Notes under the pieces: model-generated
Told to the model about the DNA's origin: nothing
Databases searched by the model: none
What the model saw: the letters and a program-made list of their open reading frames with translations, nothing else
Assembly: GCA_043228905.1 (NCBI GenBank)
Contig: JBHGNT010000020.1
Coordinates: 15,376,001 to 15,440,000 of the forward strand
Direction of reading: 5' to 3'
Source: Azolla caroliniana
Lineage: Eukaryota > Plantae > Polypodiophyta
DNA length: 64,000 nucleotides
Position numbers and translations under genes: made by a program
Shown here: one piece after another, positions 63,326 to 64,000 of the stretch
Layout of the letters: every line of letters starts with the position of its first letter
Numbering within the stretch: the first letter of the stretch is position 1

Positions 63326-64000
63326 ATTAACATATGAGATTACACTAACACATTCTTTCACCCATTCAAATAAGAGCATCTTCATCTGAAGATCAGTCCC
63401 AAAGTACAGCAGAAGTGTACATGTCCACATCTTCTTGGGCTGTGAGGCATTTTTGTTGTGCGGAAATTTCCATGCTTATATTCAAACGTATCTTTTTGCA
63501 CAGAAAATAGTAAAATCAGGGCTGTGTATAGTCGCATGAAAGTTCACTTATAAAATTGATTTGTGAGATCTCTAGTTTATTTGTTGAGAGATCATTTATA
63601 TAATTTGGACTGAGAGGGTATGCCCAATATTTGTAGTGAAAGACATCAAGTAAATACATTCAGTTTCAATTGACATACTTTCCATTGTTACTTTTCAAGT
63701 GGCTCCTTAAGATCTTTACATTTTGTACCCATGGGCTTCTTTTGCTAATTGCCAACATGGCTTGAAATATACGATGCCTCTTAGAGAACTATTTGTACCA
63801 AAATGCTATGAATATTCTCTAATGTAACATGCTTGTTGCATACATTAGTATAGTCACTCTCACAAATGATCGTCACCTTCCATCTGGCTCGTACATATTT
63901 GACAGATCCTCTGTTATCGAGGGATGGCAACATCAAGATCAATCCCTATCCCTAGCCGATGTAATCATACATTGAGCTGACCTACACACCCAATAAGTTA

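Overview
Transposon-rich land-plant nuclear DNA. Short GT-AG introns and the TE families present suggest a fern or other seedless plant (inference). The main finding is a ~7.5 kb DNA transposon (21147-28682) with 36-bp TIRs and a TAAG target-site duplication, inserted in an RTE LINE. It carries a spliced, now decayed gene for a ParB/Srx-like domain fused to a bacterial-type beta-class N6-adenine/N4-cytosine DNA methyltransferase, and its first intron holds a 14-unit palindrome array with a 51-bp period. A second partial copy (5907-12783) keeps a remnant of an 'IDGMD'-type transposase. The window also has an intact strictosidine-synthase-like gene with three rearranged partial copies and a probably damaged GT31 galactosyltransferase gene. 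Other TEs are several Copia elements (one intact and very young, with a rearranged 5' UTR), solo LTRs, MULE fragments, an L1 LINE and a Gypsy element with an extra 3' ORF. A mosaic of SBE, NAT10 and RabGDI gene fragments lies at 49-51 kb. All family calls come from motif reading by eye; no database search was run.
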